From Candidatus Caldarchaeum sp. (lineage in GTDB: Archaea > Thermoproteota > Nitrososphaeria_A > Caldarchaeales > Caldarchaeaceae): a stretch of DNA of 64,000 bases. The position numbers and the translations under genes were made by a program. Under the pieces are notes generated by a model that did not search any database, had not been told where the DNA came from, and saw only the letters and a list, made by a program, of their open reading frames with translations. Below, one piece after another: positions 19,048-28,697 of the stretch. Within the stretch, counting starts at the first letter, position 1, and every line of letters starts with the position of its first letter. The stretch lies in the NCBI GenBank assembly GCA_038844785.1, contig JAWBRA010000004.1:12225-76224 (forward strand), in the 5' to 3' direction.

Positions 19048-20643
19048 ATGAAGACCTCCTTTCGGGCAATGGACGAAAAACAAATGATAGGGCTTGGCAC
19101 GTGGATAGACAAGCTGGCTTGGCGGATTGTTGAGAGAGAAAAGTCGTTAGAAAGGAGTCTAGAGATGCTACGGACTGAGGCTGGGATAGCCGCGTCGGGT
19201 TTCGTACACATAGGCAGCATGTCAGATTCTGTCAGGGCTTACGCGGTTTCCCTCGCTCTCAAAAACCTCGGCTACAATTCTGAAATGGTCCAGTTTGCCG
19301 ACGACATGGATGGGCTGCGAAGCGTGCCCGCCGAGATACCCAGAGAATACGAGAGATACTTGCTCCAGCCCGTTTCGCTGATACCCGACCCTTTCGGCTG
19401 CGATGAATCATACGCCGTCCACATGGAAAACATGCTCCTTGAAGCTCTTTCGAAGGCTGGGATGGAGGCTAAGCTTTTACGCGGATACAGAATGTACGCC
19501 GACGGGTCGCTTAAGAAACAAATAACCGCTATACTCTCTAACTGGAAGAGCATCGGCGAAATCATAGAGAAGTTCACAGGACAGCAGAAGTTCAAGACGA
19601 TGCTGCCGTATTTTCCATTATGCCATGCGTGCGGAAGGATTTACACGACGCATGCAGAGGTCTTCGACGAAAAAACCGGCCGCGTGCATTATGTCTGTAA
19701 AGGGGTTGGAATTAAGAAAAGGTGGTTTGATGGATGCGGCTACGAGGGAGAAGCTGATGTTTCGAAGGCCGAGGGGAAGCTCTCGTGGAAGGTGGAATGG
19801 GCTGCTAGATGGGCTGCGTTAGACATAAGGTTTGAGGCATACGGCAAGGATTTAGCGGACTCGGTCAAGGTCAACGACTGGGTATGTAAAAACATTCTTG
19901 GGTTCGAGCCTCCCATGCACGTCCAGTACGAGCTGTTCTTAGATGAGTCTCGAAGAAAAATCTCGAAGTCGAGAGGTGTTTCTGTATTCACGCCCAGCGC
20001 TTGGTACAGGTATGCAAGCCCTCAAAGTCTCGTGCTGTTGCTGCTCAAAAGAATTAAAGGAACACGAGTTGTGTCACCAAGCCTGATACCAGCACTTATG
20101 AACGAGCTAGACCGTCTCGCTCAACAGCACTATTCAGGTAAGGGTGACCCACGTAAAACTGGACTTTATTCTTACGCCTATCTTCTTAATCCGCCGAAAA
20201 CCCCTCCGAACACCATACCGTACAATCTCTTGGTTTTTCTGGCCTCCCTAGCCCCGCAAGGCCGTGAAATCGACTTCATCTTGTCGAAGCTCAAACGCTA
20301 CGGATACAAAGTTGACGAACAGGCGGCAGAACGCGCCCAAATGGCTATAAACTACTACAAGTCATTCGGAGAACCTTCTGTTCAACACGTAGTTTTGGAG
20401 GGGCCGGTTAAAGCCGCTGTTTCAGAGGTTGCTGAAGCCATCAAACAGGCAGCCGACGTTGAAGGGCTGCAGTCCTCAGTTTTCGAAATAGCGCGAAAGC
20501 ACGGAATCAAGCCCCCGATGCTCTTCCAAACTCTTTACAGGATTTTGCTGGGTCAGGACAGCGGTCCACGGTTCGCCACATTTGTGGTTGAAGACCTTGG
20601 GAAGGAAAAGGCTTACGAGATGATCAAAGCCTGCCTAGCATAA
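19048..20643 (+). CDS. lysS: Class I lysyl-tRNA synthetase
   Basis: ASGFVHIGS, KLSWKVEWAARW, KISKSRG, GQDSGPRF. Confidence 0.95.
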   Translation: MKTSFRAMDEKQMIGLGTWIDKLAWRIVEREKSLERSLEMLRTEAGIAASGFVHIGSMSDSVRAYAVSLALKNLGYNSEMVQFADDMDGLRSVPAEIPREYERYLLQPVSLIPDPFGCDESYAVHMENMLLEALSKAGMEAKLLRGYRMYADGSLKKQITAILSNWKSIGEIIEKFTGQQKFKTMLPYFPLCHACGRIYTTHAEVFDEKTGRVHYVCKGVGIKKRWFDGCGYEGEADVSKAEGKLSWKVEWAARWAALDIRFEAYGKDLADSVKVNDWVCKNILGFEPPMHVQYELFLDESRRKISKSRGVSVFTPSAWYRYASPQSLVLLLLKRIKGTRVVSPSLIPALMNELDRLAQQHYSGKGDPRKTGLYSYAYLLNPPKTPPNTIPYNLLVFLASLAPQGREIDFILSKLKRYGYKVDEQAAERAQMAINYYKSFGEPSVQHVVLEGPVKAAVSEVAEAIKQAADVEGLQSSVFEIARKHGIKPPMLFQTLYRILLGQDSGPRFATFVVEDLGKEKAYEMIKACLA

Positions 20644-20695
20644 ACTTATATACTCCACACAACGTGCATAACTGCAAAAAGAGTGAACAAAGGAA

Positions 20696-21124
20696 TTGAG
20701 CGAGCTTGTTAAGATTGGAAGCCTAACCCCGCGTTCTAGGGGTGTAAACCTTGTTGCAAAAATTGTTGAGAAACCAGAGCCACGCATTGTCTCTTCGCAG
20801 TATGACCAGGCTGAGCATCGGCTGACGGAGGCGTTGATAGCAGATGAAACAGGCGCCATAACCTTGGTTCTATGGGACGACAACATAGACATTGTGAGCG
20901 AAGGTGATTCGGTGAAGGTTACTAACGGGTTCATAAAGTTGTTTAAAGGTAGGATGCAGCTGAACCTGGGAAGGTTTGGGAAAATCGAGCCCGCAGACGT
21001 AGAGGTAACAAACGTAAACGTGGAGAACAACCTTTCGCAGAAGGAGAGCTATTTCTCGGAGGAAAGAAGAGGGAGAGGCGGGTTCAGGTCTAGAGGTTTC
21101 CAGAGACGGCGGCCGTTCAGGTAG
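20696..21124 (+). CDS. ssb: Single-stranded DNA-binding protein, single OB fold with R/G-rich tail
   Basis: ADETGAITLVLW, F-x-G-x-x-QLN-x-G-x-FG; tail RRGRGGFRSRG. Confidence 0.9.
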   Translation: MSELVKIGSLTPRSRGVNLVAKIVEKPEPRIVSSQYDQAEHRLTEALIADETGAITLVLWDDNIDIVSEGDSVKVTNGFIKLFKGRMQLNLGRFGKIEPADVEVTNVNVENNLSQKESYFSEERRGRGGFRSRGFQRRRPFR

Positions 21125-22385
21125 CGTTCTCCGGTTCTACGATGAAAACGCCTTTCTCACGCCCAACTATTTTTACCTTTTCCTGCTCCCCCACTTTTTT
21201 GAGAGCTTTCGCCTTCCAATATTCCCCGTCCACCACGATATAGCCTATCCCGCCGGGCTCAATCGGTTCAACAGCCCTGCCATATCTTGACATCCATTCC
21301 CCAGGCCTTTTTTTCTGGGCTCTGTAGGATTTGTAGCCGAGAAACCCTAGGAATGCTGCAGCAAACACCGCAATAGCTATCACGGTTGTCTGGAACCGTG
21401 TGAGCCATTCCTGAGCGACGAATCTAGGAACCGGATTGTATCCTCCCAGAAGTATAATCCCTACTGTGAGGGCGAATATACCACCAGCTCCCGCCAATCC
21501 GAACCCCGGAGACATGAGCTCGTACAGCAGTAAACCGACGCCCACGGCGGTTAGCAGAGCGCCCGCAACGTTGATGTTTAAGCCCTGACCCACCAAGCCT
21601 AGGATTATCATCAATCCTCCAGCCACTTCACCGCCCCAGCCTGGCGAGGTGAGCCCAACAAGAAGGACCAGTATGCCTAGGGTTATCAAAAGGCTTGAGA
21701 CAAGCGGGTCTGAGAGCAGAGCAACAGCACCCGCCGTAATGCTTGGTCCTACCTTCGTAAGCGGCAGGCCTTTCACTCTTAACACTTTCTCACCGGCTAG
21801 GGTTTTAACCACTTTGCCGTCGGCATTTGATAGAAGTTCCTCCACATCGGTGGCCACAGCCTCGATAAGGCCTGCTTGCAAGGCTTTCTGAGGGTTGAAG
21901 TTTTTGTTCTCCAACACTATTTTTACAGCCTCGTCCCTGTTACGGCCTTGGGCCTCTGCAAGGGTTCCCATCTTCTCGGCGAAAAAGTTCAAAACCTTAG
22001 AGTCGGTGACGGGCTCGCCTCCCGACACGGGCTGGGCGGAGCCTATAAGCGTTCCAGGAGCCATGGCAGCATAATGCGTAGCCATAAGGATGTATGTCCC
22101 AGCCGACAGAGCCTTTCCCCCAGCCGGGTAGACATACCCTATCACTGGGACGGGTGAACGCTGAATTGTTTCTACTATCTTCAGCATCGCATCAGCCTGG
22201 CCGCCCAACGTGTCGATGGTGATCAACACAGCTGAGTACTGGGATGCATGTGTGAACGCTTCCTCGACGTAGGTGGCTGTCCCAAGCGAGATGTAGCCGT
22301 TTATCTCAACCCATAAGATGGCATTCTGTTGGCCGGCTGCTGAAAAGACGGCTGCCAGCAAGATAGCCGCGAATAAAAACCTCAT
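21117..22385 (-). CDS. nfeD: NfeD membrane-bound serine protease (long form)
   Basis: Signal peptide, DTLGG, SAGTYI, IGSAQP, TM bundle, C-terminal OB domain GEYWKA; start at ATG 22385. Confidence 0.92.
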   Translation of the reverse strand: MRFLFAAILLAAVFSAAGQQNAILWVEINGYISLGTATYVEEAFTHASQYSAVLITIDTLGGQADAMLKIVETIQRSPVPVIGYVYPAGGKALSAGTYILMATHYAAMAPGTLIGSAQPVSGGEPVTDSKVLNFFAEKMGTLAEAQGRNRDEAVKIVLENKNFNPQKALQAGLIEAVATDVEELLSNADGKVVKTLAGEKVLRVKGLPLTKVGPSITAGAVALLSDPLVSSLLITLGILVLLVGLTSPGWGGEVAGGLMIILGLVGQGLNINVAGALLTAVGVGLLLYELMSPGFGLAGAGGIFALTVGIILLGGYNPVPRFVAQEWLTRFQTTVIAIAVFAAAFLGFLGYKSYRAQKKRPGEWMSRYGRAVEPIEPGGIGYIVVDGEYWKAKALKKVGEQEKVKIVGREKGVFIVEPENAT

Positions 22386-23200
22386 TCCTGTTTTTTGGAT
22401 CCCACGACCCCTAGCATAGTGGCCAGCTCTCTCGCACCGGAATCTGTAACCACAATCATGTTCTTTTCTCTGGCTATCTCGCTCCATGTCTGAAGCTCCC
22501 TTAAACGTAGTGCGATTGGGTGTTGTGCGTAGTAGTCAGCGGCTTGGGCCATTTTCTCAGCGGCCATAAGCTCTCCTTCAGCCGTTATTATCCTGCTCCT
22601 ACGCTCCCTCTCAGCTTCAGCCTGCTTAGCTATGGCACGCTGCATCATTTCTGGGATGACAACATCCCTTAACGCCACTGTGGTAACTTTAATCCCCCAC
22701 GGCTCTGTTGACTCGTCAAGAATTTGCTGAATCCTCTTGTTGAGCTCGTCGCGTCTGGTCAGCAGGTCGTCAAGCTCGACCTGTCCTATCACATCCCTTA
22801 AAGTCGTTTGCGCCAGCAAAGCAGAAGCCGTAAAGTAATCCTTCACCTTCAGCACAGCCATCTGCGGGTCTATGACCCTGAAGTACACTATGGCATCCAC
22901 ATCGACTGTAACGTTGTCTTTCGTAATAATACGTTGTTTGGGGACGTCGAACGTAACAAGCCTCAGGTCTATGATACGGCGTCTATCTATGAATGGTAGA
23001 ATTATCACTACGCCGGGGCCCTTGACGCCGATAAGCCGTCCCAAACGAAAAATGACCGCCCGCTCATACTCGGTGACTATCTTTATCGATGCTGAGAGAA
23101 TTATCAAAAGCAGGAGCAGAAGTAAGAACAGTGGAATTATAGTTTCTGCTCCCAGCAGCAAGGAGAGATAAATTGATTTAACTTCTGGCAGCAAGTTCAA
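22382..23200 (-). CDS. Stomatin/slipin (SPFH domain) protein
   Basis: EYERAVIFRLGR, ITKDNVTV, AQTTLR, QAEAERERR; canonical NfeD partner. Confidence 0.95.
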   Translation of the reverse strand: MNLLPEVKSIYLSLLLGAETIIPLFLLLLLLLIILSASIKIVTEYERAVIFRLGRLIGVKGPGVVIILPFIDRRRIIDLRLVTFDVPKQRIITKDNVTVDVDAIVYFRVIDPQMAVLKVKDYFTASALLAQTTLRDVIGQVELDDLLTRRDELNKRIQQILDESTEPWGIKVTTVALRDVVIPEMMQRAIAKQAEAERERRSRIITAEGELMAAEKMAQAADYYAQHPIALRLRELQTWSEIAREKNMIVVTDSGARELATMLGVVGSKKQE

Positions 23201-23211
23201 TCCACTAAACC

Positions 23212-23293
23212 CATAGATATTTCGAGGTTATTTAGGCTTTCTTTATCGGCGAAATACCTATGAATCATCTTAAAACATATTCGAATTATATGT
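23212..23293. promoter_or_regulatory. Divergent promoter region with two inverted repeats
   Basis: CATAGATATTTCG (23212-23224) versus CGAAATACCTATG (23250-23262), 12/13 complementary; ACATAT-N7-ATATGT at 23275-23293. Confidence 0.5.
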
Positions 23294-23341
23294 AAAAAGA
23301 GGGGAAGTTATAGTCTTATATCATTGCGTTTTGAATTAGAC

Positions 23342-24784
23342 ATGACAACTATGGACGACGGCTCTGAAAGCTTTGGCCAGGAGGCGAAAGGTTTGGAGGA
23401 GGGTGAGACAACCGAGCTTCTAACCGCTTTGAAAAACATGGGAGTAGGCCCTAGTCAGGTAAAGAAGTACGTCAAAGCAGCGTTGAGGCTTAGGGAGCTG
23501 GAGAAACAGTATGGAAAAAGCTACAACGTGCTCGTCAGAGATTATGAGAAAAAGTTCAGGGATAGCGTGAAGCTTGAGTACACCATAAACGAGCTTCTCG
23601 AGAAAAGAAAGCGTATCGAAGACGACTTGAAGGTTTACATGGAGCAGCACAAACTCACGCTCGAGACAATAAACAAAGTCGTCGCCGTCCTCAAAACGCT
23701 TGAACAATATTCTGTTGACGTAAACAACCTCGAAAACCTTGCCAAAACAGCTGCCAAAATGTCTCAGGCAGGGCTTGATGTGAAAACGGTGTTCGAACGG
23801 TTCGCCCGTCTCGAGGAAGCTGAAAACAGCTTAAAGGCTGTTAACGAGAAGATTTTGGAGCAGCAGATGAAACTTTCTCAGATTCAGTCCGAGCTCGCTG
23901 AAAAAGAGGAAAGGCTGCGTAAAATTACCCAGTGGATGCCTGAGCTGGAAAACCTCGAGCAGGTGAGGGAGACGCTGGAAAACAAGGTTTCCGAGCTTGA
24001 AACCAAACATGCCGAACTCTCCAAAAAGCTCGAGAAGATGGCCAAAGAATACGAGACCCTATATGGTTTCAAGGGTGATGCGGAGGCCGTCTTCAAGGCC
24101 ATAGAAGAAAAGAAGGCTGAGCTTGAGAGGCTTAACGATGAAATCGAGAGAAAAAGGGAGACCGTGGAGATTTTGGAAGAAGAAGTCTCATCCGCCCGCT
24201 CGCTGTTGATGCTCCTCCAAAACCCGGAGCTGGTCAGAAGGGAGGATCTCGAGACGCTTTCACGCCAGCTTGCAAACGTAGCCAGCGTTAAAGCTGGTGA
24301 GATACCTATTCTAAAGCCTTTGGAACAACCTCTCGTGGAAAACGTTAGGAAAAGAGTAGTTGAACTCGTTCTTCCAGTGATAAAGAACGACCTCATACCG
24401 CGCTGGGTTTTTGAAAAGCTTGAGAAAGAGTTTAAGGAGGTTGTTGCCAAGAAGGCGCAGCTGGAGGAGGAGAACGAAAAGCTGAAAACCGAGCTGCAGC
24501 GATACACTGCCGCAAAACCCGTCTCATCCGAAGCTGCTCCTACTCAATCTGCCGTCTTCTTCAGGCTTCGGAAGAAAGCGATACTCCTTCAAGACGACAG
24601 AGGTGTCAGGGTTAGGCTTAAATGCCCATACTGTCAATCGACCAATCTTCTGGTCCTTCCTTCTAAGATGGAGTTAGAGAGATGCATGGGCGACGGCGAA
24701 CTGCTGGTGACGACATGTAATGGTTGTGGAAAAGACATCTCAGTGGACCCTGTCTACCTACATGAGAGGTTCTACAAGGGGTGA
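23342..24784 (+). CDS. Long coiled-coil protein with C-terminal Zn ribbon, function unknown
   Basis: Extended E/K/L heptads; CPYC...CNGC; no Walker A/B seen. Confidence 0.85.
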   Translation: MTTMDDGSESFGQEAKGLEEGETTELLTALKNMGVGPSQVKKYVKAALRLRELEKQYGKSYNVLVRDYEKKFRDSVKLEYTINELLEKRKRIEDDLKVYMEQHKLTLETINKVVAVLKTLEQYSVDVNNLENLAKTAAKMSQAGLDVKTVFERFARLEEAENSLKAVNEKILEQQMKLSQIQSELAEKEERLRKITQWMPELENLEQVRETLENKVSELETKHAELSKKLEKMAKEYETLYGFKGDAEAVFKAIEEKKAELERLNDEIERKRETVEILEEEVSSARSLLMLLQNPELVRREDLETLSRQLANVASVKAGEIPILKPLEQPLVENVRKRVVELVLPVIKNDLIPRWVFEKLEKEFKEVVAKKAQLEEENEKLKTELQRYTAAKPVSSEAAPTQSAVFFRLRKKAILLQDDRGVRVRLKCPYCQSTNLLVLPSKMELERCMGDGELLVTTCNGCGKDISVDPVYLHERFYKG

Positions 24785-25164
24785 TGTTTTTGAGAGACGT
24801 TAACCCTGTTGTTAAAATGTTGAAATGGAAGACTAGGTTGTTGACTGAGGAAGAGATCATGCAGGTGTTGGCGGCCGTGGCCAACATCGGTAAAACACCT
24901 TTCACGCTTACCGACTTAACAGACACGCTCGCCGACTCGCTTTCGAAAGACGAGAAAAAGAGGCGAAGCATTTCAACGTTCCTGACAAACTTGGTTGAGA
25001 TAGGCTATCTGTCCAAGCCATCCGAGAGAAAATGGGTGAAGAACGCTGCAAGCTTCAGCAGATACCTAAGCCCGTTACTTATAGAGCTTAACGAGATAGA
25101 GAAAAACCCGCCTGCACGTGAAAGGCAGGAGAGAAAGATTATACAGTTGGAAGGCAGCCGATAG
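24781..25164 (+). CDS. Putative winged-helix protein
   Basis: FTLTDL...ISTFLTNLVEIGYLSK...KW pattern; GTGA overlap with upstream gene. Confidence 0.7.
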   Translation: MMFLRDVNPVVKMLKWKTRLLTEEEIMQVLAAVANIGKTPFTLTDLTDTLADSLSKDEKKRRSISTFLTNLVEIGYLSKPSERKWVKNAASFSRYLSPLLIELNEIEKNPPARERQERKIIQLEGSR

Positions 25165-25172
25165 AGAAGGCC

Positions 25173-25598
25173 ATGCCTAGAAAACCTTCTGACCCGAAGT
25201 CACCCCGCTACAAAGCCAGGATTGGATACGAGGGCGAATACAGTCTGCTGAGAAAGTTTGTGGCCATGGGTGAAAAAGGATTTTACGCTTTGAGGACTCC
25301 CGGAAGCGGCTCTGGGAAGATGGCTAAGCCGGACATTGTGGCAGTGGACGGCGGAGAGTTTCTCGCAGTTGAGGTGAAGAGCAGCGGGAAACCGTATGCC
25401 TTGCTCACTGCTGAACAGGTGGCGAGGTTGATGGAGTTTGTTCAGAGGTTTGAAATCAAATGCCCCCACTGCGGTAAAAGATTTAACCCTAAACCTGTCG
25501 CCGCTATAAGGTTCGTGGGCAGGGGATGGCGTTTTATCGACTTGTCAAAACATACCATCGAGAAAGGAGTTATCGTGAGATGGGATGAAAATGGCTGA
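25173..25598 (+). CDS. hjc: Holliday junction resolvase Hjc-like PD-(D/E)xK nuclease with CxxC insertion
   Basis: G-x-x-x-E, RTPGSG, PDIVA, VEVKS; CPHC insert. Confidence 0.8.
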   Translation: MPRKPSDPKSPRYKARIGYEGEYSLLRKFVAMGEKGFYALRTPGSGSGKMAKPDIVAVDGGEFLAVEVKSSGKPYALLTAEQVARLMEFVQRFEIKCPHCGKRFNPKPVAAIRFVGRGWRFIDLSKHTIEKGVIVRWDENG

Positions 25599-26043
25599 AG
25601 TCGACGATCTTGATAAAAAGATTCTATCAATACTCTACGAGGACGGTAGGGCTTCTTTCGCGGAGATAGGTAGAAGGCTTGGAGTAAGCGAAAACACCGT
25701 TCGTTTTCGTTTCAACCGGATGGTGAAAAACGGCGTGATAAGAAGAGTGACAGCATTGACCGACCATGCAAAGCTAGGGTTGAAAAACTCAGCGGCCTTG
25801 ATGATTAAAATTGAACCATCCGGATTAGAAAACGTCCTTGAAGAGCTTAAATCCTTCAGGGAAGTTTACAACATTTACCAGCTTTCAGGAGATTATGATG
25901 CGATAGCTGTTGTAATAGGCTACGACCTTAACCACGTTAGACAGGTCGTTGAGAGCATAAAGAAGATTAAAGGGGTTTTGTCGGTTAATACCTACGTTAC
26001 GCTGAGGGTTGTCAAGGCTGACACCCGCTACGCTCTTGTGTAA
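25585..26043 (+). CDS. Lrp/AsnC-family transcriptional regulator
   Basis: DDLDKKIL...DGRASFAEIGRRLGVSENTVR, SGDYD. Confidence 0.93.
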   Translation: MKMAEVDDLDKKILSILYEDGRASFAEIGRRLGVSENTVRFRFNRMVKNGVIRRVTALTDHAKLGLKNSAALMIKIEPSGLENVLEELKSFREVYNIYQLSGDYDAIAVVIGYDLNHVRQVVESIKKIKGVLSVNTYVTLRVVKADTRYALV

Positions 26044-26067
26044 AATACAGTAATATCCCTCGATTGT

Positions 26068-27231
26068 GTGTTAAGCAGCATGGAACCTAAACCATATGCC
26101 ATAGTTCTACAGCATGATAGGTATAGACGTGAGTGTCTGAACCTAATAGCCAGCGAGAATGTGCTAAGCCCTGCTGCCAAAAGGGCCCTAGCGTCAGACA
26201 TGGCCTCTAGATACGGCTTCAGACCAGAGTTTTACTCGGGCACTAGTAAGATACATGAGATTTGGATGTTGGCTGAGGAGCTTGGGAAGCAGGTTTTTAA
26301 AGCAGAGCACGTCAACGTCACACCTCTCTCAGGACACGTTGCCTTGATGACCTGTCTATATGTTTTGTGTGGAAAAAATGGAAAGATAGCCTGCGTAGAC
26401 CCTTCAGCTGGTGGTTACCCTGGTCTTTTGCCCGACAAGATTCCGGAAATCTACGGATGTAGGGTTGTAAACATCCCCTATGCCGACGTACATGTTAAAG
26501 CCGAAGAAGCCTTGAGCATACTGGACCGCGAAAAGCCTGATGTGGTTGTACTTGGGGCGAGCCTGTTTTTGTATCCCATTCCCGTCAGGGAGATTTCTGA
26601 ATTCGTTCACTCCTACGGCGGACGCGTGGTATACGATGGTTCCCACGTGCTAGGACTAATAGCGGGCGGAGTTTTTCAAAAGCCTCTCGAAGAAGGGGCC
26701 GACGTGCTGCTAGGTTCTACACATAAATCTTTCTTCGGACCACAAGGAGGCATAATCCTAACAAACGACGAAAAAATTGCAAAACAGGTTGACGTCTCCA
26801 CTTTCCACAAGTTTGTCGACAACATACACTTCAACAGGGTTGCAGCGCTTGCCGTTGCTCTTGACGAGATGAAAAGAAATGGACGCAGGTATGCTGAGAA
26901 AGTTGTGTCAAACTCCGCTGAGCTGGCCCGTTCTCTTGAAAACAACGGTCTTAATCCCTTTAAAACAGTTCATGGATACACTAAATCTCATCAAGTATAC
27001 CTGCCTTTTAAGGAAGATGAGGCTGTTAAAGTTAGGGACGTTCTTGAACGGTCGCGAATACTGGTGGACATGGGGGTTAGGGTTGGAACAGCTGAAGTGA
27101 CGAGAAGAGGTATGGGGCTTAAACAGATGTCAGCGATTGCAAAGCTCTTCAGAAGGGCTTTGAACGGTGAAAAAGTCGCCGCTGAAGCACGAAGCCTCGC
27201 TCTACGTTTCATCGATGTTAAGTTCACGTAG
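26068..27231 (+). CDS. glyA: Serine hydroxymethyltransferase
   Basis: NLIASEN, YDGSHVLGLIAG, GSTHKSFFGPQGG, RVGTAEVTRRG. Confidence 0.93.
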   Translation: MLSSMEPKPYAIVLQHDRYRRECLNLIASENVLSPAAKRALASDMASRYGFRPEFYSGTSKIHEIWMLAEELGKQVFKAEHVNVTPLSGHVALMTCLYVLCGKNGKIACVDPSAGGYPGLLPDKIPEIYGCRVVNIPYADVHVKAEEALSILDREKPDVVVLGASLFLYPIPVREISEFVHSYGGRVVYDGSHVLGLIAGGVFQKPLEEGADVLLGSTHKSFFGPQGGIILTNDEKIAKQVDVSTFHKFVDNIHFNRVAALAVALDEMKRNGRRYAEKVVSNSAELARSLENNGLNPFKTVHGYTKSHQVYLPFKEDEAVKVRDVLERSRILVDMGVRVGTAEVTRRGMGLKQMSAIAKLFRRALNGEKVAAEARSLALRFIDVKFT

Positions 27232-27240
27232 GCGGGCGGT

Positions 27241-28206
27241 TTGAAGGCACGGGCCACAGCCCACACCATGGAGGGCTTAATCAAATACCACGGACTTAAG
27301 GACTGGAGTCTCAGAATACCCTACCACGACAGTATATCTGTAAACCTAGATGCTTTCACAACAGTAACTGAAGTTGAGTTCGGTGATTTTGGAGAGGATG
27401 CTGCTTTCATTGACAACGTGGCTGTTTCGGGTAGAGAGTTTGAAAGAATACGTCAATTGGTTGACCATGTGAAGAAACTCGCCGACATCTCCGAGAACTT
27501 CAGAGTTGTTTCCTTCAACTCTATACCTAAGGGGAGGTTTAAGGGATTGGGTTTTTCTTCCTCGGCGGGCGCGGCCTTGGCAGCAGCAGCCTACAAAGCA
27601 TCTGGCCTGCATAAAATCTATGGATGGGACATGCGTCTTGTCTCGAGAATAGCTAGAAGGCTGGCCGGCTCAGCTTGCAGAAGCGTTGTGGGGAAGTATG
27701 CTAGATGGTTTGCGGGAACTTCGGACGAAGACTCTTACGCTGTTTGCTTTGCCGATGAGAAAGACCTTCCGCTCAAGGTTGTTGTTGTACCTCTTTCGTC
27801 AAAATACTCGACGGAAGAGGCTCACAGGGAAGCCGAGCTATCCACCTTTTTCGAGGCAAGGTTGAAAAACGCCAGCCTTAGATGCGACGTTATGGAGAGG
27901 GCCATCAGGGAGGGTGATTTCAAAACATTTGGCGAGCTCAAGGAGCTCGACGCAATAGAGCTCCATGCAGTCACTGCTACTGGTCCAAAAAGACTCATAC
28001 TCGCTACAGACGAGAGCCTGAGGGTAATCTCTGAAGTCCGACGGCTGAGAGAGGAGGGGGTGGAGTGCTATTTTTCGATGCAGACCGGGCCGACGGTCTT
28101 CATAAACGTACATCCAGAAGACTCTGGCTACGTTTTCGGCATGGTTGAGGACCTTGGGTTCAAGCCCATTCTCTCAGGGGTGGGCGGCCCCGTCAGAGTT
28201 GAGTGA
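27241..28206 (+). CDS. mvaD: Phosphomevalonate/diphosphomevalonate decarboxylase-like GHMP enzyme
   Basis: GLIKYHGL, PYHDSISV, GLGFSSSAGAALA, ARRLAGSACRS; C-terminal SMQTGP. Confidence 0.82.
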   Translation: MKARATAHTMEGLIKYHGLKDWSLRIPYHDSISVNLDAFTTVTEVEFGDFGEDAAFIDNVAVSGREFERIRQLVDHVKKLADISENFRVVSFNSIPKGRFKGLGFSSSAGAALAAAAYKASGLHKIYGWDMRLVSRIARRLAGSACRSVVGKYARWFAGTSDEDSYAVCFADEKDLPLKVVVVPLSSKYSTEEAHREAELSTFFEARLKNASLRCDVMERAIREGDFKTFGELKELDAIELHAVTATGPKRLILATDESLRVISEVRRLREEGVECYFSMQTGPTVFINVHPEDSGYVFGMVEDLGFKPILSGVGGPVRVE

Positions 28207-28244
28207 AGTTATTAAGCAGCTTTAACGTTATATGCGGTGCAAAA

Positions 28245-28412
28245 ATGGTTGAAATATCCGAGGAAGACATACCGTTCTTCGCAGAGGTAACAGCAGGGGG
28301 AAGGATAACAATCCCTGAGGAGATTAGGAAAATCTTCGAGATAAAGGACGGCGACTCGCTGCTGTGCAGGATAAGAATCGTCAAGAGGAAAATACAGCAC
28401 GCCACCACATAA
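28245..28412 (+). CDS. AbrB/SpoVT-like DNA-binding protein
   Basis: GGRITIPEEIRKIFEIKDGD. Confidence 0.85.
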   Translation: MVEISEEDIPFFAEVTAGGRITIPEEIRKIFEIKDGDSLLCRIRIVKRKIQHATT

Positions 28413-28421
28413 CCCTGGCCT

Positions 28422-28697
28422 TCACAGCCTTAGACCGAAAACTGCGGCAAACCTCTCAAAACGTCTGAACTCGGAGAGATAGCTCAACCCTTTCTCAGTT
28501 ATTGTGTACAGGGTTTCAGACTCACCTGTTTTCTCTACCAAGCCTTTCTCCAAAAGTATGTTCAGGTATTTGACAAGCCTGTCGTAGGAGAGGTTGGCGT
28601 CCGTCATAATTTTAGTTGGTCTCGCATATTTTTGTGAGGCGATTGACTCCAGTATGTCGGCGTATATTCTAGCCTTAGAACGATAGTCTTTCACCAT
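28422..28697 (-). CDS. Winged-helix transcription factor (archaeal HTH_45-like)
   Basis: RSKARIYADIL, TKIMTDANLSY, YTITEKG; start at ATG 28697. Confidence 0.88.
   Translation of the reverse strand: MVKDYRSKARIYADILESIASQKYARPTKIMTDANLSYDRLVKYLNILLEKGLVEKTGESETLYTITEKGLSYLSEFRRFERFAAVFGLRL

Noticed and set aside
23884-24507. 207-aa Ser-rich antisense ORF, and similar shadow ORFs such as 52720-53292, 56235-56993 and 58483-59025
   Set aside because: Antisense by-products of codon bias in well-supported genes
23342-24784. SMC/Rad50 ATPase call for the coiled-coil protein
   Set aside because: No Walker A, signature or Walker B motif, and too short
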